Source of the DNA: an uncultured virus (IMG/VR IMGVR_UViG_3300002835_000031) | Lineage: Duplodnaviria; Heunggongvirae; Uroviricota; Caudoviricetes | Length of the DNA: 64,000 nt | Virus record (IMG/VR): IMGVR_UViG_3300002835_000031 | Strand: one strand, 5' to 3' | Shown here: piece after piece, positions 15,987 through 25,970 of the stretch | Position numbering within the stretch: the first letter of the stretch is position 1 | How the letters are laid out: the number at the start of each line of letters is the position of its first letter | Notes under the pieces: generated by a model | Told to the model about the DNA's origin: nothing | The model's database searches: none | Seen by the model: only the letters and a program-made list of their open reading frames with translations | Program-made: the position numbers and the translations under genes

Positions 15987-16975
15987 TTTTGTTTTGCCCA
16001 AACATCTTCCCAGTTACCTGTATGTGCTGCCTTAGCATAATCGGTTGCTCTATTCTCAAAGAAGTTAGTGTGAATAGGTGCATTAATCATTTCTTCAACC
16101 CAAGGTAGCGGATTCTTTTTGACCTTCATAATACCCTTAAGACCAAGACTAATAAGTCTACGATCAGTAATATAACGGATATACTGTTTGACATCGGCGG
16201 ATGTTAAATTTTCCATAGGACCCATGGCAAATGCCAAATCAATAAAGCTTTCTTCGAGCATTACCATTTGTTCGGCAATTGTATACAGTTGTCCTTTGAG
16301 GTCATCGTTCCATATTTCCGGATTCTCTTGTATATATGTTCTGAATAATTTAATCATAGACTCACAATGCTGAGTCTCATCTACAATAGACCAAGTAACA
16401 ATTTGTCCCATGCCCTTCATTTTGCCATGACGAGGGAAATTCAACAACATAATAAAGGAACTAAACAGTTGCATACCTTCTGTAAATGCTGAGAAGATAG
16501 CAATATGCTTTGCTGTATTTTCCTTTGTGGAATTCTGCAATGAAATGTTAGTAACATAATCATGCTTGGCTTTCATTTCTTCATAAGCCAAGAACTCATT
16601 ATACATTGTCTCAGGCAATCCTAATGTCTCAATTAAATGGGAATATGCTGCAATATGCAGAGCTTCACGCGCCGCAAAGCCCAATAACATCATTCGCACT
16701 TCAGGCTGTGGAAAGTATGGTAAGTAGTTATTAACATACCCACCTGCAACATCAATATCACCTTGAGTAAAAAATCTAAAGATGTGTGTGAGAAATTGTT
16801 TTTCTTCAGCAGTTAGTTTCTTTTTCCAATCCTTAACATCTTCTACCATTGGTACTTCAGTATGAAGCCAATGTGATTGCTCATGCTTCAACCATGCATC
16901 ATATGCCCATGGATAATTAAATGGCTTAAATGAATCTCGGGTATCTGTAAGATTCGATTTTGTTTTTTTAATCAT
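15983..16975 (-). CDS. nrdB: class I ribonucleotide reductase beta subunit
   Basis: FFTQGD, REALHIAAY, EGMQLFSSF, DETQH, NFFE. Confidence 0.97.
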   Translation of the reverse strand: MIKKTKSNLTDTRDSFKPFNYPWAYDAWLKHEQSHWLHTEVPMVEDVKDWKKKLTAEEKQFLTHIFRFFTQGDIDVAGGYVNNYLPYFPQPEVRMMLLGFAAREALHIAAYSHLIETLGLPETMYNEFLAYEEMKAKHDYVTNISLQNSTKENTAKHIAIFSAFTEGMQLFSSFIMLLNFPRHGKMKGMGQIVTWSIVDETQHCESMIKLFRTYIQENPEIWNDDLKGQLYTIAEQMVMLEESFIDLAFAMGPMENLTSADVKQYIRYITDRRLISLGLKGIMKVKKNPLPWVEEMINAPIHTNFFENRATDYAKAAHTGNWEDVWAKQK

Positions 16976-17222
16976 TGAGGAACTCTTCTACTAAATTTTT
17001 TGCTCTAACGCCTACTAGTCTACCAGCAACATTGCCATTTTCATCTATCTTAACAAGTGTAGGTACACTTCTAATTCCAAATTCAATTGCAACTTCTTGA
17101 TGCACATCAATGTCCACCACTTCAATAGGAATATTCATAGTAGTATTAACTTCTTCAAGTATACTGGCCATTGCTTTACATGGTTGGCACCATGATGCTG
17201 TAAATCTTATTACTTTTTTCAT
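16968..17222 (-). CDS. thioredoxin
   Basis: FTASWCQPCK, IRSVPTL. Confidence 0.93.
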   Translation of the reverse strand: MKKVIRFTASWCQPCKAMASILEEVNTTMNIPIEVVDIDVHQEVAIEFGIRSVPTLVKIDENGNVAGRLVGVRAKNLVEEFLND

Positions 17223-17224
17223 TT

Positions 17225-19036
17225 TTATCCTTCACACGCTAAACAAATGTCTTCGGTTGCTAATGCTTTCAAGTCAATCTCTTCCATGACTTGTCGCTCT
17301 ATTTTCTTTGATATCTTATCTGCTTTACCAATCTTTTCACTACGGCAATAGTACAATGTCTTTAGGCCTTGTTTCCATGCTTGAAAGTGAACCGCATGAA
17401 TATATTTAATATTGCTATCTGGTCTAAAGAATAGATTAACAGATTGTGCTTGATCTATATATTGCTGTCTGTCTGCAGAATGTTGTACTACCCAACGCTG
17501 GTCAATTTCCATAGATGTTTTAAATACATCTTTGGTCCAATCATCCATCCAGGTAAGGTGTTGCACCGAACCATCATTGGCAATAATGCTTGACCAAATT
17601 TCATTGTAATCATCTTGATTAACTATATCACCTTCGCCTGAAAGATGTTTTTCAATAACTCTATTCAACCATTTATTTTTGTTGAGCATTGATCCCGATA
17701 AAGTATCTTGTCTATATGCGTTCGCACGAAGCGGCTCAATAGAAGGGGAAGTATTACCCATAATAATAGAAGAAGAAGCGTTTGGAGCAATAGCAAGCAT
17801 ATGAGAGAAGCGGCGTCCAGTACCTGTCGCATCAGGTGCTTCACCTCGTTCTTTACCCAACTGAATGTTAGCATTATCTAGTTCCTTACGAATGTGTCCA
17901 AATATCTTATGGTTCAATCCGGTTGCCGATGCTGATTCCCACGGGAGGTTGTTCTTTTGTAAAAGAGCATGCCAACCGAGAGCACCAATACCAATAGACC
18001 GTTCGCGGCTAGCGCTAAATCGTGCGCGCGATATGCTGTCAGGAGCATTATCAATGAAATACTGCAAGACGTTATCGAGCATCTCCGCAACGTCCCGAAG
18101 AAAAAGTTTGTCATCTTTCCAATCATCATAATACTCCAAGTTCAAAGAAGATAAGCAACATACCGCAGTACGATCTTTATCCGTTGGTAAAATAATTTCA
18201 CTGCACAAATTAGATTGTTTAATACTCAGTCCCAACTTCTTTTGGAACTCCGGCATAGCTCTATTGCTACTGTCAATAAAATGTAAATAAGGCTCGCCCG
18301 TTTGCATGCGCATATCTAAAATACGTTGCCACAATTCTCTTGCTGATATTTTATCTTTGACTTCGCCGTTATGTGGATCTTTCAATTCCCAAGTATCATC
18401 CATCTCAGGATCAATCATAGCACGCTCGATTAGGTGCATAAAGTCATCGGTGATATTGATACCGTGATGCAAATTCAAACAACGCATATTGGGATCGCCC
18501 GTTGGCTTTCTCATCTCTAAAAAGATAAGAATATCGGGATGAGATATATCAAGATAAGCAGCATAAGACCCCCGCCTTGTCCGCCCCTGTCTGTATGCCA
18601 AACTACTAGCGTCATAAGTACGAAGATGAGGCATAACCCCAACGCTTTTATCATCTGAAGATCGAATGCCAATTCCAATTCCAACTCCTCCGCCCATCAT
18701 GGACAACCAGTTTACTTCGGCCAAACAATCGACCAACCCTTCTGCACTATCATGTAGATAAGGTAGAAAACATGATATAGGAAGGCCACGCTTACTACGC
18801 CCAAAGCTGAGAATAGGAGTAGAATATGACAACCAATGTCTACTGCTATATTCATACAACCTTTGCGAATGTTTTACATTAGTCCCGAACGTCTTGGAAA
18901 CATAGGCAAACCTTTCCTGAGGAGACACTTCATCCTCTTTCATGTAGCTTTCTTTTAATCTCTTAATACCTAACTCGTCGAATAGACTATCTCTAGTATA
19001 ATCGACTTTAATCCCATGCACAATTTCTTGCGTCAT
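17225..19036 (-). CDS. nrdA: class I ribonucleotide reductase alpha subunit, no ATP cone
   Basis: PISCF, SNLCSEI, VCCLSS, APNASSS, KTLYY, C-terminal CLACEG; GGAG SD before MTQEI at 19036. Confidence 0.97.
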   Translation of the reverse strand: MTQEIVHGIKVDYTRDSLFDELGIKRLKESYMKEDEVSPQERFAYVSKTFGTNVKHSQRLYEYSSRHWLSYSTPILSFGRSKRGLPISCFLPYLHDSAEGLVDCLAEVNWLSMMGGGVGIGIGIRSSDDKSVGVMPHLRTYDASSLAYRQGRTRRGSYAAYLDISHPDILIFLEMRKPTGDPNMRCLNLHHGINITDDFMHLIERAMIDPEMDDTWELKDPHNGEVKDKISARELWQRILDMRMQTGEPYLHFIDSSNRAMPEFQKKLGLSIKQSNLCSEIILPTDKDRTAVCCLSSLNLEYYDDWKDDKLFLRDVAEMLDNVLQYFIDNAPDSISRARFSASRERSIGIGALGWHALLQKNNLPWESASATGLNHKIFGHIRKELDNANIQLGKERGEAPDATGTGRRFSHMLAIAPNASSSIIMGNTSPSIEPLRANAYRQDTLSGSMLNKNKWLNRVIEKHLSGEGDIVNQDDYNEIWSSIIANDGSVQHLTWMDDWTKDVFKTSMEIDQRWVVQHSADRQQYIDQAQSVNLFFRPDSNIKYIHAVHFQAWKQGLKTLYYCRSEKIGKADKISKKIERQVMEEIDLKALATEDICLACEG

Positions 19037-19050
19037 CTTTACTCCAATTT

Positions 19051-19305
19051 TTATTTTACTGTTTCGAATATTTTCTTTTGTATCTGATACCATTCAATCC
19101 ACGCATCCAATTTCACTCCACATTCGTAGTATGTGGTATAATTTAATGTGACAGTCTTTGCAACATCACTCAATTTTGCGTCATCTTTTAATTGTGCTAG
19201 GTCAGGGCACTTAACCATGATTGCTTCCGGTGCTTCAGGAAATTTGGCAACAACTGGCACTGCCTTGCATCCTGTTAGTAACAATAATAGTAATAGGTAT
19301 CTCAT
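19051..19305 (-). CDS. o-spanin (Rz1-like lipoprotein)
   Basis: Lipobox LLLTGC, Pro-rich, NY..YYEC; overlaps the i-spanin end. Confidence 0.8.
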   Translation of the reverse strand: MRYLLLLLLLTGCKAVPVVAKFPEAPEAIMVKCPDLAQLKDDAKLSDVAKTVTLNYTTYYECGVKLDAWIEWYQIQKKIFETVK

Positions 19306-19727
19306 TCTCTTTTCGCCGCTTTGTTGTGAGTATCGATTACTTCTTTAGGTATGATGCAAGAATTATCATACTTAACTATTTCTCGATCTATATATCTCAC
19401 AATGTCTTCGCCTTTTTCACGAATAACTTTTTCTTGTACTACAACCTTTTGTTGAATCTTAATAGTTTCTTTTTTGCCCGCAACTTCAGCTGCAGCAACT
19501 TTTGCTTCCATTTCTTTTACCTTGGCGACCCATTGCTCTTCATTGGCAAGCCCGCCTTCAAAGTAAATACCAAATGTGAATACTACAAATCCAATTATTC
19601 TCATTGGGATATAATACTTATCCACAAATGGAATCTTCTTTAATACCATACTGCCAAGAACAGCAAGCAATCCTGCTATAACAATAGCATGAAAGAAAGC
19701 ATTAGGTAATAGAGATAGATACCACAT
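19302..19727 (-). CDS. i-spanin (Rz-like)
   Basis: N-terminal TM segments, coiled coil, C-terminal CIIP; paired with the lipoprotein. Confidence 0.8.
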   Translation of the reverse strand: MWYLSLLPNAFFHAIVIAGLLAVLGSMVLKKIPFVDKYYIPMRIIGFVVFTFGIYFEGGLANEEQWVAKVKEMEAKVAAAEVAGKKETIKIQQKVVVQEKVIREKGEDIVRYIDREIVKYDNSCIIPKEVIDTHNKAAKRE

Positions 19728-19751
19728 TTTTATTTGGGAAGTTTGTAATTA

Positions 19752-20441
19752 TCACTTGGGTTCATTTATCAAGTCTTTAGTCATTGGGAATATTTCCGCA
19801 ATAACTTCAGCACAAGCCAGAGCAATCTCAGCATGTTCTTTCTGAGTTCCATTGCCGGCTCTTAGCATTATATAGTGGATGTAACTTCTTAAGGTTCCAT
19901 TCATATAGAGTCTACTTACTGTCAATCCCTCAGGCAGCACTGCTCTTGCTTGTTCTTTGGCAATGCCTTTAGAAACAGCCCAAGTATACACGTCTCGAGT
20001 CTTATTAATTAGATCTCGTTGTAGATTCTGCCACTGATAAGCAATTTGTCGTTGTTCATCATTTTGCAAATCTATATCAACAGAATTTTGACGATTCTTT
20101 GTATCTTGTAAGCGTGCGTCACGAATAACAAAATCTAAATCCTGTGTAGGATCCGCATATCGTTGACTAAACTCTTGAAATGAAAAACTTCTATGACGAA
20201 GAATTTGCCTGGCAATATCTCTTGTTGTTTCAATCTCAACACAAACAGAAACCATTTCAAGCGGTGACCAGTGCTGATGCTTAATCAAATACTTAATCAA
20301 CTTCTCGGATGTTTCTGTGTTATATTGATTTGCGGGATTTGAAACTCTCGCACAAAACGCTACTAGGTCCTGTACATCATACAATCCATCCGACACCAAT
20401 TCGCGTGTGGGTTTGCTGTAACTAATTAATTTCACCTTCAT
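19752..20441 (-). CDS. thyX: flavin-dependent thymidylate synthase
   Basis: HWSPLE, RQILRHRSFSFQEFSQRY, EQARAVLP, TQKEH. Confidence 0.97.
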   Translation of the reverse strand: MKVKLISYSKPTRELVSDGLYDVQDLVAFCARVSNPANQYNTETSEKLIKYLIKHQHWSPLEMVSVCVEIETTRDIARQILRHRSFSFQEFSQRYADPTQDLDFVIRDARLQDTKNRQNSVDIDLQNDEQRQIAYQWQNLQRDLINKTRDVYTWAVSKGIAKEQARAVLPEGLTVSRLYMNGTLRSYIHYIMLRAGNGTQKEHAEIALACAEVIAEIFPMTKDLINEPK

Positions 20442-20442
20442 G

Positions 20443-21459
20443 CTAACACCTTTTCCATGCAGTAAATTTCATTTTTGCTTCTAGACCATTATATATGTTC
20501 TTGGAAATAATCTTTGCTGGGTCTTTATCCGCTAGTATCATATCATTAATATCTTTTTCTTGTAGAGTTTGTGGCCAGATAACAACATTATAATTGCTAT
20601 TTACCGCTTTGTCTATAATTTTTGAGACTTCTTTATTTCTAGGTTGATTGTCAAATATAACAACCAACTTGTCTTTTGGTATGCCTAAAGTATCAAGTTT
20701 ACCAAATGCTGTACCTGCAACAGCAATACAATTATCAATGAACAAACTATCAATAGGGCCTTCAACCACATATATCTTTTTATTACGATTAACTTTATCA
20801 AGACCAAATATAAATGGTCGGTCTTCCGATATCTTAATAGTAACATAGCGCAATGATTCGCCACGCAATGCTCTACAAGTAACACCGGTTAATACGCCTT
20901 CAGCATCATAAAAAGGAATAACAAGTCTTGGTTCATCGGTCTTTAATGTACCTTTATACTTGTCAGATAATTGCTCGATCTTTCTAATGTCATCGATATA
21001 ATATAATCCATCAAACTTTTCTCTTGGGATTTTTCTATCAAGGCAAAATTTAACTGCTTCATTATCATCCGGTAATTTATCTAAACGATTAAGCAACTCA
21101 TCAAGAATGTTTTTCTTTTCAAATACAGGGGCTGCCATTTTAAATGCAGGCTCGGCTTTTTGATGAGGCTTATTCATTGGCATGCCTTCGCTATAACGCT
21201 CTAAGACATATTGACTGTACTGCAATGAATCTAATTGTTTTAAGAATGTACCAAAATGCATTGAAACATTACAGTTGTGACACTTGTAAAACAATTCATT
21301 TTTTACTGCATAGAAGTAGCCGCGGGTTTTATTCTTCTTAACTGAAGAATCACCGCAGATAACACATCGGCAATTATATAAACGGTCATTCTTTTGTTTG
21401 AACAACGGTAAACGATTACTGATTAGTTTAAGATATTTAAGATCAACGAATAAAGACAT
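20443..21459 (-). CDS. gp61: T4 gp61-type DNA primase
   Basis: Zn finger RCVICGDS...KCHNC; RLVIPF; TOPRIM VVEGPIDS, FDNQPRN, KDINDM. Confidence 0.95.
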   Translation of the reverse strand: MSLFVDLKYLKLISNRLPLFKQKNDRLYNCRCVICGDSSVKKNKTRGYFYAVKNELFYKCHNCNVSMHFGTFLKQLDSLQYSQYVLERYSEGMPMNKPHQKAEPAFKMAAPVFEKKNILDELLNRLDKLPDDNEAVKFCLDRKIPREKFDGLYYIDDIRKIEQLSDKYKGTLKTDEPRLVIPFYDAEGVLTGVTCRALRGESLRYVTIKISEDRPFIFGLDKVNRNKKIYVVEGPIDSLFIDNCIAVAGTAFGKLDTLGIPKDKLVVIFDNQPRNKEVSKIIDKAVNSNYNVVIWPQTLQEKDINDMILADKDPAKIISKNIYNGLEAKMKFTAWKRC

Positions 21460-21481
21460 AAAAAGGCTCCAGGAGAGCCTT
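21460..21481 (-). terminator. hairpin + U-run overlapping the primase ribosome-binding site
   Basis: AAGGCTC-tcctg-GAGCCTT-TTT immediately before the ATG. Confidence 0.55.
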
Positions 21482-21510
21482 ATTATAATATAGCTAGGCT
21501 ATAAGGTCAA
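21482..21510 (-). promoter_or_regulatory. sigma70-type promoter for the primase/ThyX/RNR block
   Basis: TTGACC-17bp-TATAAT. Confidence 0.75.
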
Positions 21511-21812
21511 TTAAAAAGATGAGCTATTTTATCAATATGGCCAGATAGGAAGCCAATTACGGCTAACCCACCCCATGCCATATAAGTCCATTTATCTTTT
21601 ATTTTTTCAATAGATTCGATTTTGTCGTTTAATGCGGTATGCTGAGAGCAAGAAGCATCGTACATCTTATCGAGTTTAGCGCTAAGATCATCACGTGTTT
21701 TATCCAAACAGTCGTGCATCTCCTTAACATCAGCTTTTAAAGTATCCATTTTTTCATTGATACCCTCAACCCGGGTCTCTAAGACTCCGATTCTTTCTTG
21801 CGAAGTAGCCAT
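21507..21812 (-). CDS. coiled-coil protein with C-terminal TM (holin/XhlA-like candidate)
   Basis: Heptad pattern followed by KWTYMAWGGLAVIGFL. Confidence 0.6.
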   Translation of the reverse strand: MATSQERIGVLETRVEGINEKMDTLKADVKEMHDCLDKTRDDLSAKLDKMYDASCSQHTALNDKIESIEKIKDKWTYMAWGGLAVIGFLSGHIDKIAHLFN

Positions 21813-22105
21813 TATTTTTTCTTCTTGGCTCGTGGAGTAGAAGATTTAACTTTAGCAACAGTTTGTGCAACTGCTTCTTTGGCGTCGTCTAAATCAACTT
21901 TACCATCTTTGTTGATATCTAATACGGTTGCAACTGTTACAGGCTCAGGTGCTTTTTCCTCAACAGGCTCAGGTGCTTTTTCAGCAACAGGAGTATCCGC
22001 GACAACCGCTGTTTCTTTCAAATCAGTAGTGCCAGTCTTAAAAAATCTCACGTAGCCATAATATAAAATTGCAACGATTGCAGCTAACCCTAAAAATATT
22101 TCCAT
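21812..22105 (-). CDS. membrane-anchored protein with an EF-hand-like loop
   Basis: N-terminal TM; DINKDGKVDLDD; basic tail. Confidence 0.7.
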   Translation of the reverse strand: MEIFLGLAAIVAILYYGYVRFFKTGTTDLKETAVVADTPVAEKAPEPVEEKAPEPVTVATVLDINKDGKVDLDDAKEAVAQTVAKVKSSTPRAKKKK

Positions 22106-22659
22106 TATTTTCTCCTAATAATACTGTTTTTATTTGTCCAACGTTTCTGTGCTTTTTTGCTAACAGGTGGTTCGCCGGTCAAACCCTTTATACCTAAAGT
22201 AACTGCGGCATTGTTTGCAGGTGCTGCTGCCGCCATTCCTTCGCCTTCTTCACTAAATTGTTTAAATGTAAACAACTTTTTCTCATACAGGAATTCTTCA
22301 ACAATCATCATTTCAGATTGTAATTCCTCGTTTAATTTATTTATATACTGTGTTTCTAGGTCAATTGGCTCAATGTTTTGATCCAAATTTTCTTTAATAA
22401 GAGCATAGGCTGCAGCTAAAGACAACAATTTTTTGTTATCTATGGGCACTTTTTCAATGATTTTCTTCAATCTAAAAACTAAGCGATGCAATAAAGTATA
22501 TGCATCTCTTTCGTTGACAGAATTTAAATCCTGCATTCTTTTTAACTCTTTGCCCTTTGCATCAATGATACCTAATTTATAAGCATCTGTTTGATCAAAT
22601 GGTGTTACCAAGAGTTTTAAAATTCTATATGCGATAATGGAATCTACAAATTTTCCCAT
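22105..22659 (-). CDS. conserved T4-like phage hypothetical protein
   Basis: YRILKLLVTPF..TDAYKLGIID..G motif recalled from T4-like cyanomyoviruses. Confidence 0.8.
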   Translation of the reverse strand: MGKFVDSIIAYRILKLLVTPFDQTDAYKLGIIDAKGKELKRMQDLNSVNERDAYTLLHRLVFRLKKIIEKVPIDNKKLLSLAAAYALIKENLDQNIEPIDLETQYINKLNEELQSEMMIVEEFLYEKKLFTFKQFSEEGEGMAAAAPANNAAVTLGIKGLTGEPPVSKKAQKRWTNKNSIIRRK

Positions 22660-22660
22660 T

Positions 22661-23050
22661 TTATACTTTTCTTAATACGTTTGCTATGGTTGAATCTATT
22701 GGAATATCGGCATCTAAAATAATTTGACTGCTTGATATAACAACCTTTTCAGGCATATAATTTAAAAATACCAAAAATGTTTTTAACTGAGGCCAGAATC
22801 TTTCTTCTGTTTTAAAGAACAACATCTTTGTTGCCGCCTCAACTCCAAACAAATTGTTTATGACAATGATATGATTAATTATCAATCTTTCTTTTAGGCC
22901 TTTATCACTATGATACTTGCCCAATAGACGTTTAATATATTTAAATCGTTTAATGTCATCTAAGAATTCTGCCATACCTTTACAGTAGGGGTTATCATAG
23001 TGTTTCATTGCATACATAATAAAACTTTCTTCAGTCAAATCAAAAACCAT
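22661..23050 (-). CDS. conserved T4-like phage hypothetical protein
   Basis: YAMKHYDNP.C....EF.DD.KRFKYIKRL...ERLIINHII..N.FG motif. Confidence 0.85.
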   Translation of the reverse strand: MVFDLTEESFIMYAMKHYDNPYCKGMAEFLDDIKRFKYIKRLLGKYHSDKGLKERLIINHIIVINNLFGVEAATKMLFFKTEERFWPQLKTFLVFLNYMPEKVVISSSQIILDADIPIDSTIANVLRKV

Positions 23051-23056
23051 TCTGTG

Positions 23057-23584
23057 TTATTCTAGTGGATTCGTCGGCCAAGTAACATCACTTATTGTTT
23101 TAATTTTAGTAGTGCCCTCAACATAACCATTCACATCTAGATCTCTAAGTGCTTGTCTGTATGCCAATACATCTGCGAATTGTTGATCTGTTAGTTTATG
23201 GGAAATATTTAACAAAGTCTCTTCTTGATGTCTTTGTAAAATGTAATCAGTATTATATATCAACATTTCTCGTTGAGCAGATGCAGGAACTCTTGCAGTA
23301 TTCATTGCCAAGTCTGCAATAGCCGCCTGTTCGATATTTGCCAAGTGTTCTGCGATCCAAACAATTGCGGGCAAACTTGAACCGGAAGAAACGACACCAT
23401 TTAGTTCTTCAACCGCATAAAGGTTTCTGTCTGGTTCATATGAAACTCTACGGACAGTATCTGTAAATGGAAAATTTGTGTGTTCTATAAACACAGATGG
23501 GGCAGAAAATAAATAACCCGTACCATTGAATCTACAAGATACTGTTCCATTATAAAAATCTATTGAGACATAGTTATGTAACAT
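23057..23584 (-). CDS. tail fibre assembly chaperone-like protein
   Basis: C-terminal YRQALRDL...VTWPTNP; directly follows a fibre gene. Confidence 0.75.
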   Translation of the reverse strand: MLHNYVSIDFYNGTVSCRFNGTGYLFSAPSVFIEHTNFPFTDTVRRVSYEPDRNLYAVEELNGVVSSGSSLPAIVWIAEHLANIEQAAIADLAMNTARVPASAQREMLIYNTDYILQRHQEETLLNISHKLTDQQFADVLAYRQALRDLDVNGYVEGTTKIKTISDVTWPTNPLE

Positions 23585-23596
23585 TATGTTTCCTTG

Positions 23597-25024
23597 TTAT
23601 ACTAATTGAATAAACGCAACACGATATGTTCCGGGGTCGTGTGTTGCTGTACCACCCGCAACCGTAACTGTGTGCGTATGACTTACGCCTACACTTTGAT
23701 GGCCGGTTTGGGTTGTTCTAACTCCACTACCTACTACTTGCGCAGTAGCATGTTGGTGAACCCAATCCCCATACGCTCCGCTTGATGAAAAAGTAAGCGT
23801 ATTCGAAGTCTCAACCGCTTGGTCCGACGCTGATGTGGAATATCCTAAAAAATATCCTCGCATGTCGACAGTATTATTCGCGCCATCACACAATTTCCAA
23901 TAAGAAGGCAATTCAGATAATGTGCCGTCATACATAACCATAGTACTTCCAAATGCAGGATCTGCAGTTGCGGCCACCCACATTTTCATTAGTTTACCTT
24001 TTATTGAATCTGGGGTAAATGTGCATGTTACATCGTGGTTATGATTTTGTCCTGTTCCTGAAGCTACATTATTTACACCCGATCCGGCACTAGAAGAACT
24101 TCTTACTCCGCCCTGTATGTGATCGTGTTGACCGTTTGTTCCCGTTGTCCCGGATACGCTCGCAGGAACTGCGGCCACCTCTGCCACCCCTGTAGAAACT
24201 CCGCGAACATATCGGTTATATGTTGTTCCAAGTTTCTGGGTCCAACCATTTTTATTTGAAGAATTAATATGTATTGTATTGGATGGGAATGTTGTTTGAT
24301 TACTGGATGCTCTTAACAATGTAACATTGCCGGTATGTGGTCTGGCATTGGTAACAGTTGCGGGGGCAATCGTTAAATCATGACTATGTTCTCCTGCAGG
24401 ATTAGCAGCTATACCGGTTATTGCCCCAGCATTTATACTTGAATTAAATTCATACCCAGATGTTTGTGTATGTGACCCAGCTAGCCCCAATGAAAATGTA
24501 TACGATACATTTGTAGCTGGGGAAGTACTTGTTCCTATTTCTGCTTGCGTAGTTGTACCTTGTAGATATAAATTATCTGCTGCGGAATATCTAGGCCATG
24601 ACGCATTGCTTGGATCGGACCCATTGTATAAAATAATTGTGCCGGCAGGTATAGTTGGATTTAATGTTGTAACTTGATTACTCACAACTCCGGTTTTTGA
24701 TCTACCTAATTTATTATATGAATAAACAGTAAAAGTATAAGTTGATGCTGGAGTTAAATTCTCCATAGTGATTGTTGCGCTTGCAATAGTTGTTACAATA
24801 CTTACATTTGACCCAGTATTAGATGTTGCAGATATTTCAAACCCTTCGGAGAAAGTATATCCGTCGATATTTGTAACACTATAACTTAAAACTACATTAG
24901 ATAAAGCAGGCGAACTTGCAGTAATAGTACCAGTTATGCTAGGCAAACCAATCTCATTGGGATCACCCATTAACTGAGCTTTGCCCGTTATACTTATATT
25001 CGATGACGTAATTTGTAACGACAT
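23597..25024 (-). CDS. tail fibre protein: FN3-like domain + two collar-like domains with HxH motifs
   Basis: LTPASTYTFTVYSYN (FN3); IPAGTIILYNG and LPSYWKLCDGANNTVDMRG (collar); HSH/HDH/HNH/HQH/HTH. Confidence 0.8.
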   Translation of the reverse strand: MSLQITSSNISITGKAQLMGDPNEIGLPSITGTITASSPALSNVVLSYSVTNIDGYTFSEGFEISATSNTGSNVSIVTTIASATITMENLTPASTYTFTVYSYNKLGRSKTGVVSNQVTTLNPTIPAGTIILYNGSDPSNASWPRYSAADNLYLQGTTTQAEIGTSTSPATNVSYTFSLGLAGSHTQTSGYEFNSSINAGAITGIAANPAGEHSHDLTIAPATVTNARPHTGNVTLLRASSNQTTFPSNTIHINSSNKNGWTQKLGTTYNRYVRGVSTGVAEVAAVPASVSGTTGTNGQHDHIQGGVRSSSSAGSGVNNVASGTGQNHNHDVTCTFTPDSIKGKLMKMWVAATADPAFGSTMVMYDGTLSELPSYWKLCDGANNTVDMRGYFLGYSTSASDQAVETSNTLTFSSSGAYGDWVHQHATAQVVGSGVRTTQTGHQSVGVSHTHTVTVAGGTATHDPGTYRVAFIQLV

Positions 25025-25069
25025 TATTCTATCTTTATTGTTTTCTAAAATTCATGAGTATAACAATTA

Positions 25070-25969
25070 TCATAACTTAGTTAATCGCACTGCACCCTGC
25101 GCCCAGGTTGTTACCAACGTGCCAGTATTTTCTCTCACAATATTAGATGCGATTGGATTAACATAAGAATTGGGTGAGCTGGTATTTAAACTATCGTATC
25201 CACCTGCAGGACCAACCGAATCATCTGTACCATTTCCACCACCGAACCCACCATATGTGGTTTGGTTGTTATACCCTGCTCCCGTGCCATTTATACTTTG
25301 ATTTTTCCAATTAGTATTGAATCCTGTTCCGACTGTTCCATCTGCTGAGCTTGAAGCAGTTGCAGGAGTTGAAAATCTTCCTTCACGTTGTCCTAGACCG
25401 CCAGCTGCAACTAATAATGCTGTCATATCACCAGCTGAAAAGGTCGAACTTCCGCTAGATGATTTTGCAACAACAGTAAATCCTCCGCCAGCCCCGCCCG
25501 CAAAATCCAAGCTACCCGAATTTCCACTTGCGCCCGCGCCTCCTATTGTTATCCAAAGTACATCTCCAGAGTTTAACGTAAAATCTCCTTGTACCGCAGA
25601 TCCTACGACAGACGGTTTATCAGTCGGTCCCCCGGATCCACCTTGCGATTTTATACGCCAGGTACCGGTTTCTGGAATTGTAAAATATATGTAACCAGCC
25701 GCGGAAGGTATTTTAATATATGTGGCAGCAACCATTGCATCATATGCTCCGGTTTGAGATGTTGAATTAAAATACCCATATATCTCTGCAGCAGTTTGTC
25801 CGGAAATAGGAGTAGTATCATTTGGACCGGAAGTTGTCCTACTTGAAGATACTGTTATTGGACTAGAATAAACGTATAAACCTGAGGGTGCAGGTGCTCC
25901 TGGCGGAGGCGTCTCACCGGAGGTTATTCTTCCGGAAAAACTAACATTATTTAAAGTAAATCTTGCCAT
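25070..25969 (-). CDS. glycine-rich virion/adhesin-like protein
   Basis: FTIPETGTWRIKSQGGSGG...GGAGGGFT..LLVAAGG..GGFGGG; N-terminal peptide + PPP. Confidence 0.75.
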   Translation of the reverse strand: MARFTLNNVSFSGRITSGETPPPGAPAPSGLYVYSSPITVSSSRTTSGPNDTTPISGQTAAEIYGYFNSTSQTGAYDAMVAATYIKIPSAAGYIYFTIPETGTWRIKSQGGSGGPTDKPSVVGSAVQGDFTLNSGDVLWITIGGAGASGNSGSLDFAGGAGGGFTVVAKSSSGSSTFSAGDMTALLVAAGGLGQREGRFSTPATASSSADGTVGTGFNTNWKNQSINGTGAGYNNQTTYGGFGGGNGTDDSVGPAGGYDSLNTSSPNSYVNPIASNIVRENTGTLVTTWAQGAVRLTKL

Positions 25970-25970
25970 G

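Noticed and set aside
15983..20441. Introns or inteins in nrdA, nrdB, thyX
   Set aside because: All are continuous and of normal length with motifs in order.
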